Shown: positions 1 through 8,599 of the stretch, in pieces | Layout: the number at the start of each line of letters is the position of its first letter | Position numbering within the stretch: position 1 is the stretch's first letter | Origin: Desulfobacterales bacterium | GTDB taxonomy: Bacteria > Desulfobacterota > Desulfobacteria > Desulfobacterales > UBA2174 | NCBI GenBank assembly: GCA_963668645.2 | Contig: CAXXWC010000021.1 | Span: 1-64,000 of the forward strand | DNA length: 64,000 nt | Reading direction: 5' to 3' | Program-made: the position numbers and the translations under genes | Notes under the pieces: model-generated | What the model saw: the letters and a program-made list of their open reading frames with translations, nothing else | Database searches by the model: none | Told to the model about the DNA's origin: nothing

Positions 1-236
1 TGATTGCCGGCCGAGGCGGCCACCACCCCGGCCGGGCCGATCTTTTCCAAACCGGAGAAAAGGCGGTACATGGCCCCGCGCACCTTGAACGACCCGGTGC
101 GCTGGAGGTTCTCCAGTTTGAGGTAGATTTCTCCACCGAACATTTCCGACAGGGCCGGTGAAAAAACCAGAGGGGTACGGCTCACCCTTCCCCGAATGAC
201 CCGGGCCGCATCCCGAACGGTGTCGATGGTAACCAT
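1..236 (-). CDS. ilvA: Threonine ammonia-lyase (PLP-dependent), 5' part, runs off the window edge; absent from the ORF track
   Basis: Manual translation from ATG at 236: MVTIDTVRDAARVIRGRVSRTPLVFS...IYLKLENLQRTGSFKVRGA...GVVAASAGN. Contains the PLP-lysine motif SFKxRG and SAGN(H); AAGGA RBS upstream. Confidence 0.88.
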   Translation of the reverse strand, partial: MVTIDTVRDAARVIRGRVSRTPLVFSPALSEMFGGEIYLKLENLQRTGSFKVRGAMYRLFSGLEKIGPAGVVAASAGN

Positions 237-562
237 GAAAAGGTTCCTTTGCGCTTTTCGTTGCGGCGAATCCATTTACGCGTTCAGGGTACCTCACCGC
301 TGGCGAAATGACCAGGAGCCAGTGGCTGTTTTCTCCCCTCCCCCGACGCGGTGGGATTCCCGTCTATTCGCGAAGGGGCCAAGCTTCTGCGGGCTGGACA
401 CGGTCATCCACAAGGACCTGGCCAGCGCCGTCTGGCCGTTTTTGCAACAGCGATGATTGACGCCTGTTGGCAGTTTAATATATCTTTCGCGTTTTACCCT
501 TGTCGGCTCTGCAACACCAGGAACGAGAAATCATATTCACCGAGTACGCAAGAGTTGTCTTC

Positions 563-1927
563 ATGTCTGCCAAAACCAAGATTCTGTTTGTCGATGACGA
601 AAAGGCGATCCGGGACCTTTTTCAACTGATTTTCAAAAAAGAGCCTTTCAGTATCCAAACCGCTTGCGACGGCGTGGATGCCTTGGAGAAAATAGAGTCC
701 TTCGCACCGGAAATTGTGGTGGCGGATGTCAACATGCCCAGGATGGGTGGGTTGACCCTGTTAAACGAAATCATGGTCCGCCACCCGCACCTCACCGTGG
801 TAATGGTCACCGGTTACGGTGCGGTGAAGGACGCCGTGGATGCCATGAAGGCAGGGGCCTACGATTACATCCTCAAGCCATTTGACGTCAACGCCATCCG
901 CGAACTGATAAAAGACATCGCCGCCCGCAGGAGAACCACCCGGAAAGGGGTCTCAGGCCACAATGAGGCCCCGAACGGGGGCATGATGCCGAACATGGTC
1001 GGCCTGGACCCGAAGATGATAGAGGTTTTCGAGCGCGTGATCGACGTGGCCCAAAGCAATGCTACGGTCTTGATCACCGGGGAAACCGGAACCGGCAAGG
1101 AACTGGTGGCGGACGCCATCCACCAACACAGCGCCCGTGCTTCAGGGCCCCTGGTGAAGGTCAACTGCGCCGCCCTGACCGAAACGATCATCAACAACGA
1201 GCTGTTCGGCCACGAAAGGGGCGCCTTTACCGGTGCGGTGGGCACCAAAAGCGGCTATTTCGAGACGGCCGACACCGGCACCATTTTTCTCGATGAGATC
1301 GGCGATATCCCAGTCCATACCCAGATCTCCCTGCTGCGCGTGCTCGAGCAGGGCAGCTTTACCCGCGTGGGCAGCACCCGCCCTCGAAAGGTCGATGTGC
1401 GCCTGATCTGCGCGACCCATAAAAACCTGCCCGAAGCCGTCGCCCGGGGCATTTTCCGGGAAGATCTGTTTTACCGTATCAACGTGGTCAATATCCACCT
1501 TCCGCCCTTGCGCGAACGGAAATCGGACATCGTTTCAATGGCCAACTTTTTTCTGAAAAAGTGCTGTGCCGATCAACAACGCAACATCGAGGCCATTTCC
1601 CACGCGGCCTTGAAAACCCTGATCCAGTACGACTGGCCCGGAAACGTGCGGGAACTTAAGAACACCATCGAACGGGCGGTGGTTTTTTGCAAGGGCGACG
1701 AGATCGTTCCCACCAACCTTTCCGAAATCCCGGAGGAAAGTGCCAGATCCCGGGAAGTGACGATAAAGGCTCCCACCTTCACCCTGGCCGACGTGGAAAA
1801 GAGCTTGATCAGCAAAGTCCTGGCCGAAACGGACTGGAACCTGAAGCAAGCCGCTGAGCATCTCGCCATTGCGCGCGGAACCCTCTATGGCAAGATGAAG
1901 CGTTACCACATCGAAAGGACCGAGTGA
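563..1927 (+). CDS. Sigma54-dependent response regulator (REC-AAA+-Fis HTH, NtrC/AtoC family)
   Basis: KILFVDDE, DVNMP phospho-acceptor, GETGTGKE, GAFTGA, FLDEIG, WPGNVREL and C-terminal HTH. ATG at 563 preferred over the TTG at 500. Confidence 0.95.
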   Translation: MSAKTKILFVDDEKAIRDLFQLIFKKEPFSIQTACDGVDALEKIESFAPEIVVADVNMPRMGGLTLLNEIMVRHPHLTVVMVTGYGAVKDAVDAMKAGAYDYILKPFDVNAIRELIKDIAARRRTTRKGVSGHNEAPNGGMMPNMVGLDPKMIEVFERVIDVAQSNATVLITGETGTGKELVADAIHQHSARASGPLVKVNCAALTETIINNELFGHERGAFTGAVGTKSGYFETADTGTIFLDEIGDIPVHTQISLLRVLEQGSFTRVGSTRPRKVDVRLICATHKNLPEAVARGIFREDLFYRINVVNIHLPPLRERKSDIVSMANFFLKKCCADQQRNIEAISHAALKTLIQYDWPGNVRELKNTIERAVVFCKGDEIVPTNLSEIPEESARSREVTIKAPTFTLADVEKSLISKVLAETDWNLKQAAEHLAIARGTLYGKMKRYHIERTE

Positions 1928-1982
1928 TACGCGCCAGGATGGATCGCGTCCTTCCGACCTCCCATCGATGGATGCGGCGGTG

Positions 1983-4868
1983 TTATCCTTTCTTTTCCTC
2001 GATGATGGTCCTACCCTCCTCGATCATCCGGATCGCGCGCTTTTTCGGCAGGACCCTCAACCGCACTTCCTGCCGTTGGCCGGGCGCCAGCTCGATTTCG
2101 AAGGTGTCCTTTTCCAGGTAGTGGTAGACAGGCAGATGGGCGGACTGCGCCCTGAACGTCCACTTACCCGGTCGTAGGCCCTGGAAACTGAAGCTGCCGT
2201 TGCGGTCCGAAAGGACACGCCATCTTTCTGTTCCGTTTCCCAATTCCAGCAGAACACCACCCAGCCCGGACATTTTGTTCTGCCCCGTTTCGGCGGCCCG
2301 GGAGCTTGCGCTGTGCCCGCCCTTGACGAACCGTCTTTTGCCGGGTATTTCCACCGCTTGCGCTGATTCGCAGACAACGACCCGACCTGCGAGGCTCGCA
2401 CTGCGGGTGACCCCGATGGCGACCGAAGAGACGGCACCGCCGTGGATATCCACCTCCAGTGGGGTTTTCTGAACCGGCACACGCTCGATGCCGATACTCG
2501 CCCCGTCCACATCGAGTTGGTATTTGCCAGGCTTCAAACCGGGTGAAACGAAATCCCCCGAGCCGTCTGTAACCGCGGCCACCCCGTTTAGCCGCAGGAT
2601 CGTATCGGCCATCGGGCGGCCGGTTTCCTGGTCGCGGACATTGCCCCTGAGCATGCCGACGCTCTTTTTGCGCCCCACCGGCAAACCGAAAGGAATGCTG
2701 AACTCCACCAGAAACGCAGTCTCATTGTCCTGCTGGGAATCCTTGCGGTAGCGCACGTGGCGGCCATGAGCCGAGGCCCTGTACTTTCCGCGGATCGGAT
2801 AGCTCAGGCTGGCGTCGAAAATGTAACGGTCGCCGGAATCGGTTCCGATGTAATCGTACCGCTCTGCCTTGAGTTTGAAGGTCGTCTTCCGGCCGATCTG
2901 CCAGGACCCGTTCAGGCCGGTGGTCAGGCTGGGCTTGTCGCTTTCATCGAAATACCCCTGGTCGCTGTAACGCACATAGCTGCCGTAAGTCTGCCCGGCG
3001 CTCGGGCTGAAATAGGCCGACCCCTCGTAGACACTTACATGGCCGGTCCGGTTTGCCAGCCGATCCTGCACCTTTCCTCCCTCGGCGGAAACATTGAAAA
3101 AAAATGCCTTGAAGCTCTGGGTCACCCGGCTCTTGAAAGTCAGCCAGCGGCAGTCGGACGGGGATTCCGGCAGACGGTCCTGGCGGCTTCGGTAACTGGT
3201 TTCGACCGCGATGCTCGTTCGGGGCCTGAACCGGTAGACCAGACTCAGCAGACCGTACCTATACCGGATGGCGGATTCCTCGGAAAGGTCGAGGTCGAGA
3301 TTGTTTTCTTCCTGCCGGTAAGTTACCGTTGCCGTCAGGCGGTCGATGACCGGCAGGGAGAAGGAGCCGGAAAAATAATTCCTGTCCTGATAATAACCGG
3401 GAAAATCCGGTCCCGCGTAGATGTATTCCGCCCGGTAGGTGCCACCCCGTGGGCAGGAACCGTCCAGGCTGAGCCAGTAACCGTTGTCGTGCTGATCCCC
3501 CTCTTTCCCGCAGGCTGCCTCGAATTCGATGGTAACGTCGTCAAAAGGCGACAACCTGCCCTGCATGCTGCCGATCCGACCGCTGTCGCCTTCGCTTCTT
3601 TTTTCCAAAAGGTTGGCGCCGATCCGGTACCTGTCGTTAAACCGGTAATCCACGTGCAGTGCACTTTGCTCTTCTTCCGGATCGATTTTTCTCGTCTTTA
3701 TCCGGTAGCCGCCAAGGCTGAGCTGCCCCAGGGACGCCCGCATCCCGGTCCCCATTGCGTCCAGGCTCGGCTCAGTAAGCCGCGACAGATGGTAGTACTG
3801 GTCGCCGCAGAGCAGATCGAGAGCCTGGCTCCGGTATGCGAACGAATAGCGGTCAAGTTCTCCGAACGTGGGGTAATCCGCCAGGGTGTCAGGCCCCCTG
3901 AAAAGAAAGTCGATCTGCCTGTCTCCCTTTTCGTCCAGCGATCCTGCTCCGGAAAATTCACCCTGGAAACCGGTTCCTTCCCTTTCGTCCCGCCGATGTA
4001 ACGTGCGCAAGGTAATCTGCGAGGCGATCCGGTGGTACAGATCGACCTCTCCGGCTGTCCTGGCAATGACATCCACGGTACAGGCGGCCTGGCCCGCCAG
4101 GTCCGGATCGCCGGCAGCCTGGGCCGTCAGTCTAAGAAAGTGCTTGAATCCTTTTTTGATTCTGGCATCGGTGGCGACGACGATCCGGGTTTCCGCCGAC
4201 TGCCCGGCGGCCAGGGTGAGGACTTCGGGTTCGGCCCGGGCCGGCAGGCCTGCCCCACTTTGTACCCGAATCAGGATCCGGTTTGATGTGTTGCTTTGGT
4301 TGGTGATACTGAAGCGTGCCGTATAGCTATCGCCCGCGATGACACTCTGCGGCGCTTCCAGCAGGTGTGCCGCCAGCTCGGTGACCGGGCGCACGACGAC
4401 GAAAATGCGGGCCAGGTCACTGACGGCAGGATATCTGCTGGAACGGACCCGATAGGAAATTGCGTACCTGCCGGCCGGGGCTGTCTGGGGAACGAAAAAC
4501 CCGAGCAGCCGTATTTCGCTGCCATCCGGCACCAGACGAAACGGAAACGGTTCGGTGACGAGTCGCCATCCCTCTGGAATCTGCACTTCGGAAACGAATT
4601 CCAGCTCTTGCGGAGAAATATTTGTTACCACAAAAGAGGTGGTGACCACGTTTGGGGGAACGGCTTCGAAAAGCTCCTGCCCGGCCGGCCGGACCTCAAC
4701 GCCCCTTTGCTGGGCTATCGAAACACCGGTCAAAAGCAGCAGCAGGGCGACAGTCCTTAAAGCGAGCCGAACCGGTTTCAATCTCCCGATCCATAAGTAG
4801 CGGGCACCCTCTGCTAGCGGGTCTGTTTCGCCTGTCACCACCACCGGCAGCAGCCTTCTTCGAATCAA
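1983..4868 (-). CDS. Large exported, probably outer-membrane protein; usher-like component of a pilus-like operon
   Basis: Signal-peptide-like LLLLLTGVSIA; two Ig-like N-terminal repeats (VVTNIS...P.GRY; ITNQSN); long aromatic/Gly-rich amphipathic beta-strand centre; two C-terminal carboxypeptidase-regulatory/CnaB-like repeats (TDGSGDF...GLKPGKY; SDRNGSFSFQGLRPGKW). Start codon uncertain. Confidence 0.6.
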   Translation of the reverse strand: MIRRRLLPVVVTGETDPLAEGARYLWIGRLKPVRLALRTVALLLLLTGVSIAQQRGVEVRPAGQELFEAVPPNVVTTSFVVTNISPQELEFVSEVQIPEGWRLVTEPFPFRLVPDGSEIRLLGFFVPQTAPAGRYAISYRVRSSRYPAVSDLARIFVVVRPVTELAAHLLEAPQSVIAGDSYTARFSITNQSNTSNRILIRVQSGAGLPARAEPEVLTLAAGQSAETRIVVATDARIKKGFKHFLRLTAQAAGDPDLAGQAACTVDVIARTAGEVDLYHRIASQITLRTLHRRDEREGTGFQGEFSGAGSLDEKGDRQIDFLFRGPDTLADYPTFGELDRYSFAYRSQALDLLCGDQYYHLSRLTEPSLDAMGTGMRASLGQLSLGGYRIKTRKIDPEEEQSALHVDYRFNDRYRIGANLLEKRSEGDSGRIGSMQGRLSPFDDVTIEFEAACGKEGDQHDNGYWLSLDGSCPRGGTYRAEYIYAGPDFPGYYQDRNYFSGSFSLPVIDRLTATVTYRQEENNLDLDLSEESAIRYRYGLLSLVYRFRPRTSIAVETSYRSRQDRLPESPSDCRWLTFKSRVTQSFKAFFFNVSAEGGKVQDRLANRTGHVSVYEGSAYFSPSAGQTYGSYVRYSDQGYFDESDKPSLTTGLNGSWQIGRKTTFKLKAERYDYIGTDSGDRYIFDASLSYPIRGKYRASAHGRHVRYRKDSQQDNETAFLVEFSIPFGLPVGRKKSVGMLRGNVRDQETGRPMADTILRLNGVAAVTDGSGDFVSPGLKPGKYQLDVDGASIGIERVPVQKTPLEVDIHGGAVSSVAIGVTRSASLAGRVVVCESAQAVEIPGKRRFVKGGHSASSRAAETGQNKMSGLGGVLLELGNGTERWRVLSDRNGSFSFQGLRPGKWTFRAQSAHLPVYHYLEKDTFEIELAPGQRQEVRLRVLPKKRAIRMIEEGRTIIEEKKG

Positions 4869-4874
4869 GGGGCT

Positions 4875-5771
4875 TTAGTGGTTCGTTTTTTTTGCCGGCG
4901 GCTTTTCGACCTCGCCTCCCTTTTGGGGCGAAGCCGGCACCGGGCCGGCCCTGCGGCCCCCCAACTGGAAGGTATAGGTCGCCCCGAACAGGGTATCGCC
5001 TCCGCAGTCGGCCACCACCAGCGCCTTGTATATTCCCTCGGGCACTTTGCTCAGATCGACCCTGAAACGCACCGAGGTGCCCGGATAGAGGCGTAGCCTT
5101 CCGCCTTCGAACCTGCCTGCGGTCCGTCCCTGTTCATCGTACAGTTCGGTCCACAGCAAGGCTTTGAGCCATCTTTGACCGGTGTTTTGCATATCCACTT
5201 GCAGTATCCGGGTATGGCCGGTCTTCAGTACCCGGGTATCGAGGAATTTGAGCAGGCGGGTGCCGCTGTCACCGATTTGGGTGACGATCTGAAGGCCGTA
5301 GCGAATCACCTGGCTAAGCCCGAGGGTGACGTTGTCCTGGCGCGGTCCGGTCGCCTCGGGTGAGGACGAAGAGATGCCCTCGACCATGAGCATGCTCCAG
5401 TAGGTGCCCGCCAGAGAGGCGTCGTCCGGGGCTTGGACCCGGTAGTTGACTTGCGCGGTGGCGTGGGCGGCGATGGTGAGGCGCTGGGGCCGGAAGGTGA
5501 TCCAGCCGGCGTTGGACCGGGTAATTTTGCCCGGATCGCCGTAGCGGTTGGTGCCATCGCAGAAAAAGAGGTAATCGGTCTGGTAGAGTTTGACCTCCTG
5601 GGGTGACGGCCCGTTGTTTTTGAGGTGGATGACACCTTGATAGCTTTCGCCCGCCATGACTGTCTTTTCGTAGGTCAGGCCGCTGGTTACCGACACCCCG
5701 GCCCTTGAGGCACCAGGCATCGCTAAAAGGAAAATCAAGACCCACAGGGGTATTGTCGTTCTGGTTTTCAT
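4875..5771 (-). CDS. Periplasmic chaperone-like protein (PapD-like / DUF916-like two-domain Ig fold)
   Basis: Signal peptide ending ASRA; I.LKNNG, RSNAGWITFRPQRLTI...VNYRV.AP...GTYWSMLMVE...RYGLQI, then a second domain NTGQRWL...RLYPG...GIYKALVVAD. Confidence 0.65.
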   Translation of the reverse strand: MKTRTTIPLWVLIFLLAMPGASRAGVSVTSGLTYEKTVMAGESYQGVIHLKNNGPSPQEVKLYQTDYLFFCDGTNRYGDPGKITRSNAGWITFRPQRLTIAAHATAQVNYRVQAPDDASLAGTYWSMLMVEGISSSSPEATGPRQDNVTLGLSQVIRYGLQIVTQIGDSGTRLLKFLDTRVLKTGHTRILQVDMQNTGQRWLKALLWTELYDEQGRTAGRFEGGRLRLYPGTSVRFRVDLSKVPEGIYKALVVADCGGDTLFGATYTFQLGGRRAGPVPASPQKGGEVEKPPAKKTNH

Positions 5772-5780
5772 GTCGGCTCG

Positions 5781-6269
5781 TCAGGGAAGGTCCACCACCG
5801 TGTAATAGAGCACCACTGAATAGGAGGCCGGAGGAATCTGGATGGAGACGTTGTTCAGTCGCAGTTGCACCTTGATGCCGCTAACATCCCCGGTACCGGA
5901 GAAAAAGGATGTGTCCATGTCCGTCACCTGCTGAAACGAAGCGCCGCCGCTGACACTGCCACCCGATCCGTCCGACGTTCGACAGGCATAGGGCTGAAGG
6001 TCGTCGTTCCAGTTGCTGTCCACTTTTCGCAGATCCACACGCCAGGCATCCTCCGTTCCGTCCGTACCGCTGATGTCGATCGTCACTTGGCCGGAAACGC
6101 TGGTGTAACTGCTTTCCAGGTCGGTGCCCGGCCCGGATTGCAGATCGTTTTCATCAATGGTCTCAAACCAGTCCCCGCTGACGGTGATGGAGATTTCGGC
6201 CCCTGCGGTCCTGGCCGCCAGCATCAGAGGGAACAGAAGCAACAGGGCGATCTTGATCGAACGGTGCAT
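5781..6269 (-). CDS. Secreted minor pilin-like subunit lacking the N-terminal extension
   Basis: Signal peptide ending AGA; mature protein starts EISITVSG; Ser/Thr/Gly-rich beta protein ending SYSVVLYYTVVDLP. Confidence 0.6.
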   Translation of the reverse strand: MHRSIKIALLLLFPLMLAARTAGAEISITVSGDWFETIDENDLQSGPGTDLESSYTSVSGQVTIDISGTDGTEDAWRVDLRKVDSNWNDDLQPYACRTSDGSGGSVSGGASFQQVTDMDTSFFSGTGDVSGIKVQLRLNNVSIQIPPASYSVVLYYTVVDLP

Positions 6270-6302
6270 GGTGTCGCCTCGTTTGGCCCGACCGGAAACG
6301 CG

Positions 6303-6788
6303 CTACTCGGTAAGGGTGAAGGTAACGGTCCGCGCGTCGCTGGGCAGTACGCCGGCCGCCACGGTGGCGCTGAGTCGATAAGTGATGGCACAACTGCTCT
6401 CGGCTACCTGGCTGATACCGGTGACGACGTCCACCGCAGCGGTGCCGAGGGTCACCTCGCCGCTGCTCATACCGCTGCCGGAAGGCGCGGCGATTTGGGC
6501 TTTGAACGTCACGTTCGGTGGCATGGCGGTGTCGATACTGGCCGTGATCCGCTTGTCGCTGCCGTTGGTGGTGATGGCATAGGTAACGGAGCTGTCCGTG
6601 GCATCCTGGGGCTGCCCGCCCGCCATGGCTGAAAGGATCGTGAGGCTGGGGCTTCCGGAAACCTCGATCTCGTCGATCTGCTGGAAATCGAAGGTCATCA
6701 CGTGGCTGTCCACATCCGCCCCCCGGCAGGGCCCGGCGCAAAAAAACGCCAGCACGACCGCCGCTGAGATGGAACTCAGACCTCTCAT
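6303..6788 (-). CDS. Secreted pilin-like subunit, paralogue of 7000..7485
   Basis: Signal peptide; shared blocks with the upstream gene (ATD...TY.ITTNG..K.ITA...TAMP...DVVTG...ITY.LSATV.AG...TVT[YF]T); GGAGG RBS. Confidence 0.7.
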   Translation of the reverse strand: MRGLSSISAAVVLAFFCAGPCRGADVDSHVMTFDFQQIDEIEVSGSPSLTILSAMAGGQPQDATDSSVTYAITTNGSDKRITASIDTAMPPNVTFKAQIAAPSGSGMSSGEVTLGTAAVDVVTGISQVAESSCAITYRLSATVAAGVLPSDARTVTFTLTE

Positions 6789-6944
6789 CCCCCCTCCCCT
6801 TGTACTTGGCCGGCTATTGGGTGCCCCTGGACAATCTGCGGTTAAAGCGACCTCGTTTCGATAGGAACACCCAGGGCGCTGAAACTGCTCTGTGCACGGC
6901 CCTGCCCATGGTGCCGTCGTGGCAGGTGAACGCGCCCAAGCCCC

Positions 6945-6976
6945 AAAAAGGGACCGGCCTGTTAAAACCGGCCCCC
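6945..6976 (-). terminator. Intrinsic terminator/attenuator after the major subunit gene
   Basis: Minus strand GGGGCCGGTTT-TAAC-AGGCCGGTCCC followed by TTTTT. Confidence 0.7.
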
Positions 6977-6999
6977 TCGGATAGATCTATAGACAGTTA

Positions 7000-7485
7000 T
7001 TAGGATGCATCCGCGATGGTGTAGGTCACCGTCTTGGCGGCGCTGGCGACGATGCCCGCATCCACCGTGGCGCTGAGAACGTAGGTAATCTGGCTCCCGT
7101 CTTCAGCCAGTGTCTCCACACCGGTAACGACGTCCGCATCGGTGGTGGAGAGGGTGACCGCCCCTGCGCTGGTGGCCCCGGTCGAAGCCAGGGTCACCTT
7201 GAGGATCGTATTGTCCGGCATCGCCGTACCTAGGGCGGCGGTGATTTTTTTGCCGGTTCCGTTGGTGGTGATCGAGTAGGTGGTGGAAGTGTCCGTGGCG
7301 TTGTCCGGTTCCTGACCCGCGGTAGCGGAGTTGATGGTGAGGGTGGCCGGTCCACTCACGGAAATTTCGTTGATCGCCTGGACCTCGTAGTTGACGGTCT
7401 GATCGGCAGTACTGCCTGCCATGGCCATGCCGGCAAATCCCAGACAGAGCCCCACTGACACCGCGATTACCATCAGTTTCTTCAT
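7000..7485 (-). CDS. Putative major pilin-like subunit (161 aa)
   Basis: ATG at 7485 with AAGGAG RBS; Sec signal MKKLMV...AGMAMA; Thr/Ala-rich mature chain; alternating N-terminal strand TVNYEV and C-terminal strand TVTYTI. Confidence 0.75.
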   Translation of the reverse strand: MKKLMVIAVSVGLCLGFAGMAMAGSTADQTVNYEVQAINEISVSGPATLTINSATAGQEPDNATDTSTTYSITTNGTGKKITAALGTAMPDNTILKVTLASTGATSAGAVTLSTTDADVVTGVETLAEDGSQITYVLSATVDAGIVASAAKTVTYTIADAS

Positions 7486-7575
7486 TGATCTTCTCCTTTT
7501 TTCCCTTTTTCGATTTAGGGGATGGATGGATAAATGCGATCCATCTTTGGATCGCCGCTGAAACATTTTTTTCAA

Positions 7576-7591
7576 AGCAAATTATGGGCCA
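7576..7591 (-). promoter_or_regulatory. Sigma54 (-24/-12) promoter of the pilus-like operon
   Basis: Minus strand TGGCCCATAATTTGCT has exact GG-N10-GC spacing and matches TGGCAC-N5-TTGCW; about 90 nt upstream of the ATG. Confidence 0.8.
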
Positions 7592-7745
7592 TCATCCTCA
7601 TAAAAAAATTATTTTACTGTTATTACAGGTAATTGGGTCGTTCATGACCCGCCACGGGTCAGGCAGGAAGGGGCTGGCGAGAGAAACCGGTGGGGTATAG
7701 TGTTCAAAATACGACCCTCTTCTTTTCTCGAACGGGGATGGCATT

Positions 7746-7769
7746 ACAACTGACTGTACAACCGACTGT
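7746..7769. repeat. Tandem 12-bp direct repeat, candidate enhancer (UAS) for a sigma54 activator
   Basis: ACAACTGACTGT then ACAACCGACTGT, about 155-180 bp upstream of the -24 box. Confidence 0.4.
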
Positions 7770-8005
7770 TATCAAATGATATATATCAATATCAGGTGGT
7801 GTTCAAAAAGGGGCAGCAGAAGGCAGGGGGCAAAGGGGTGAGGACCCACGATGGCGTCCGCTTCGAAGGTGCGCGTTGCACCAAGCCGATTCGGTCAGCA
7901 CGATGTCGGCCCCGGGGTTGGCGTGTGTAATAGTGCACCGCACCTCCCCGATCTGGGCCAGGCCAACAATGTTTTCGGTTCCCGGGGGCATGGGCGAAAA
8001 GGCAA

Positions 8006-8035
8006 AGCGCCACCCTGCCGCGGCAGGGTGGCGCT
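8006..8035 (-). terminator. Terminator hairpin downstream of the kor genes
   Basis: Perfect 30-bp palindrome AGCGCCACCCTGCCG/CGGCAGGGTGGCGCT followed on the minus strand by TTGCCTTTT. Confidence 0.7.
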
Positions 8036-8057
8036 GGCAAGAGGATCGCGTGACGCT

Positions 8058-8597
8058 CTAGGCTGCCTCGGCCAGTTCGATGCCGATCTCCAGGGCTTGT
8101 CGGTTCATGTCGATAAAAGCCGCGGGAAGGCGCCGTTCGAGCATCTTCATCACCGATTCGGGCTTGATCAGCCCGGTCAGGGTGATGACCGCCCCGAGCA
8201 TGCAGATGTTGAACACGATGGGCTTGCCGATGCGATCCATCACCGTGCGGAACATGTCCAGCTGGCGCTGGCGGGCGTCCACCTTGCGTTCGAGCTGGAC
8301 GTAGCGCGGATCGGTGATCAACAGCCCCCCGGGCCGGATGATGGGATAAAACTTGTTGTAGGCCTCCTGGGTCAGGCATACGAGCACGTTGGGCTGGAGC
8401 ACCTTGGGAAAGAAGATCTCCTCTTCGGCCACGATCACGTCCGAGCGCGTGGCCCCGCCCCGGGCCGCCGCGCCGTAGACCTGGGTCTGCACCGCGTTGA
8501 GCCCTTCTTCGATCACCGCCGCCTCGGCCAGCAGGATGGCCGCCGTGATCACCCCCTGGCCGCCGGAGCCGGAAAATACGATTCTGCATCTTTCCAT
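8058..8597 (-). CDS. korC: 2-oxoacid:ferredoxin oxidoreductase gamma subunit
   Basis: MERCRIVFSGSGGQGVITAA...QTQVYGAAARGG; true ATG at 8597 with AAGGA RBS. Confidence 0.9.
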   Translation of the reverse strand: MERCRIVFSGSGGQGVITAAILLAEAAVIEEGLNAVQTQVYGAAARGGATRSDVIVAEEEIFFPKVLQPNVLVCLTQEAYNKFYPIIRPGGLLITDPRYVQLERKVDARQRQLDMFRTVMDRIGKPIVFNICMLGAVITLTGLIKPESVMKMLERRLPAAFIDMNRQALEIGIELAEAA

Positions 8598-8599
8598 GG

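Noticed and set aside
7486..7575. c-di-GMP riboswitch or longer N-terminus for the major pilin
   Set aside because: No GEMM consensus, only a simple hairpin; the upstream TTG lies before the predicted TSS.
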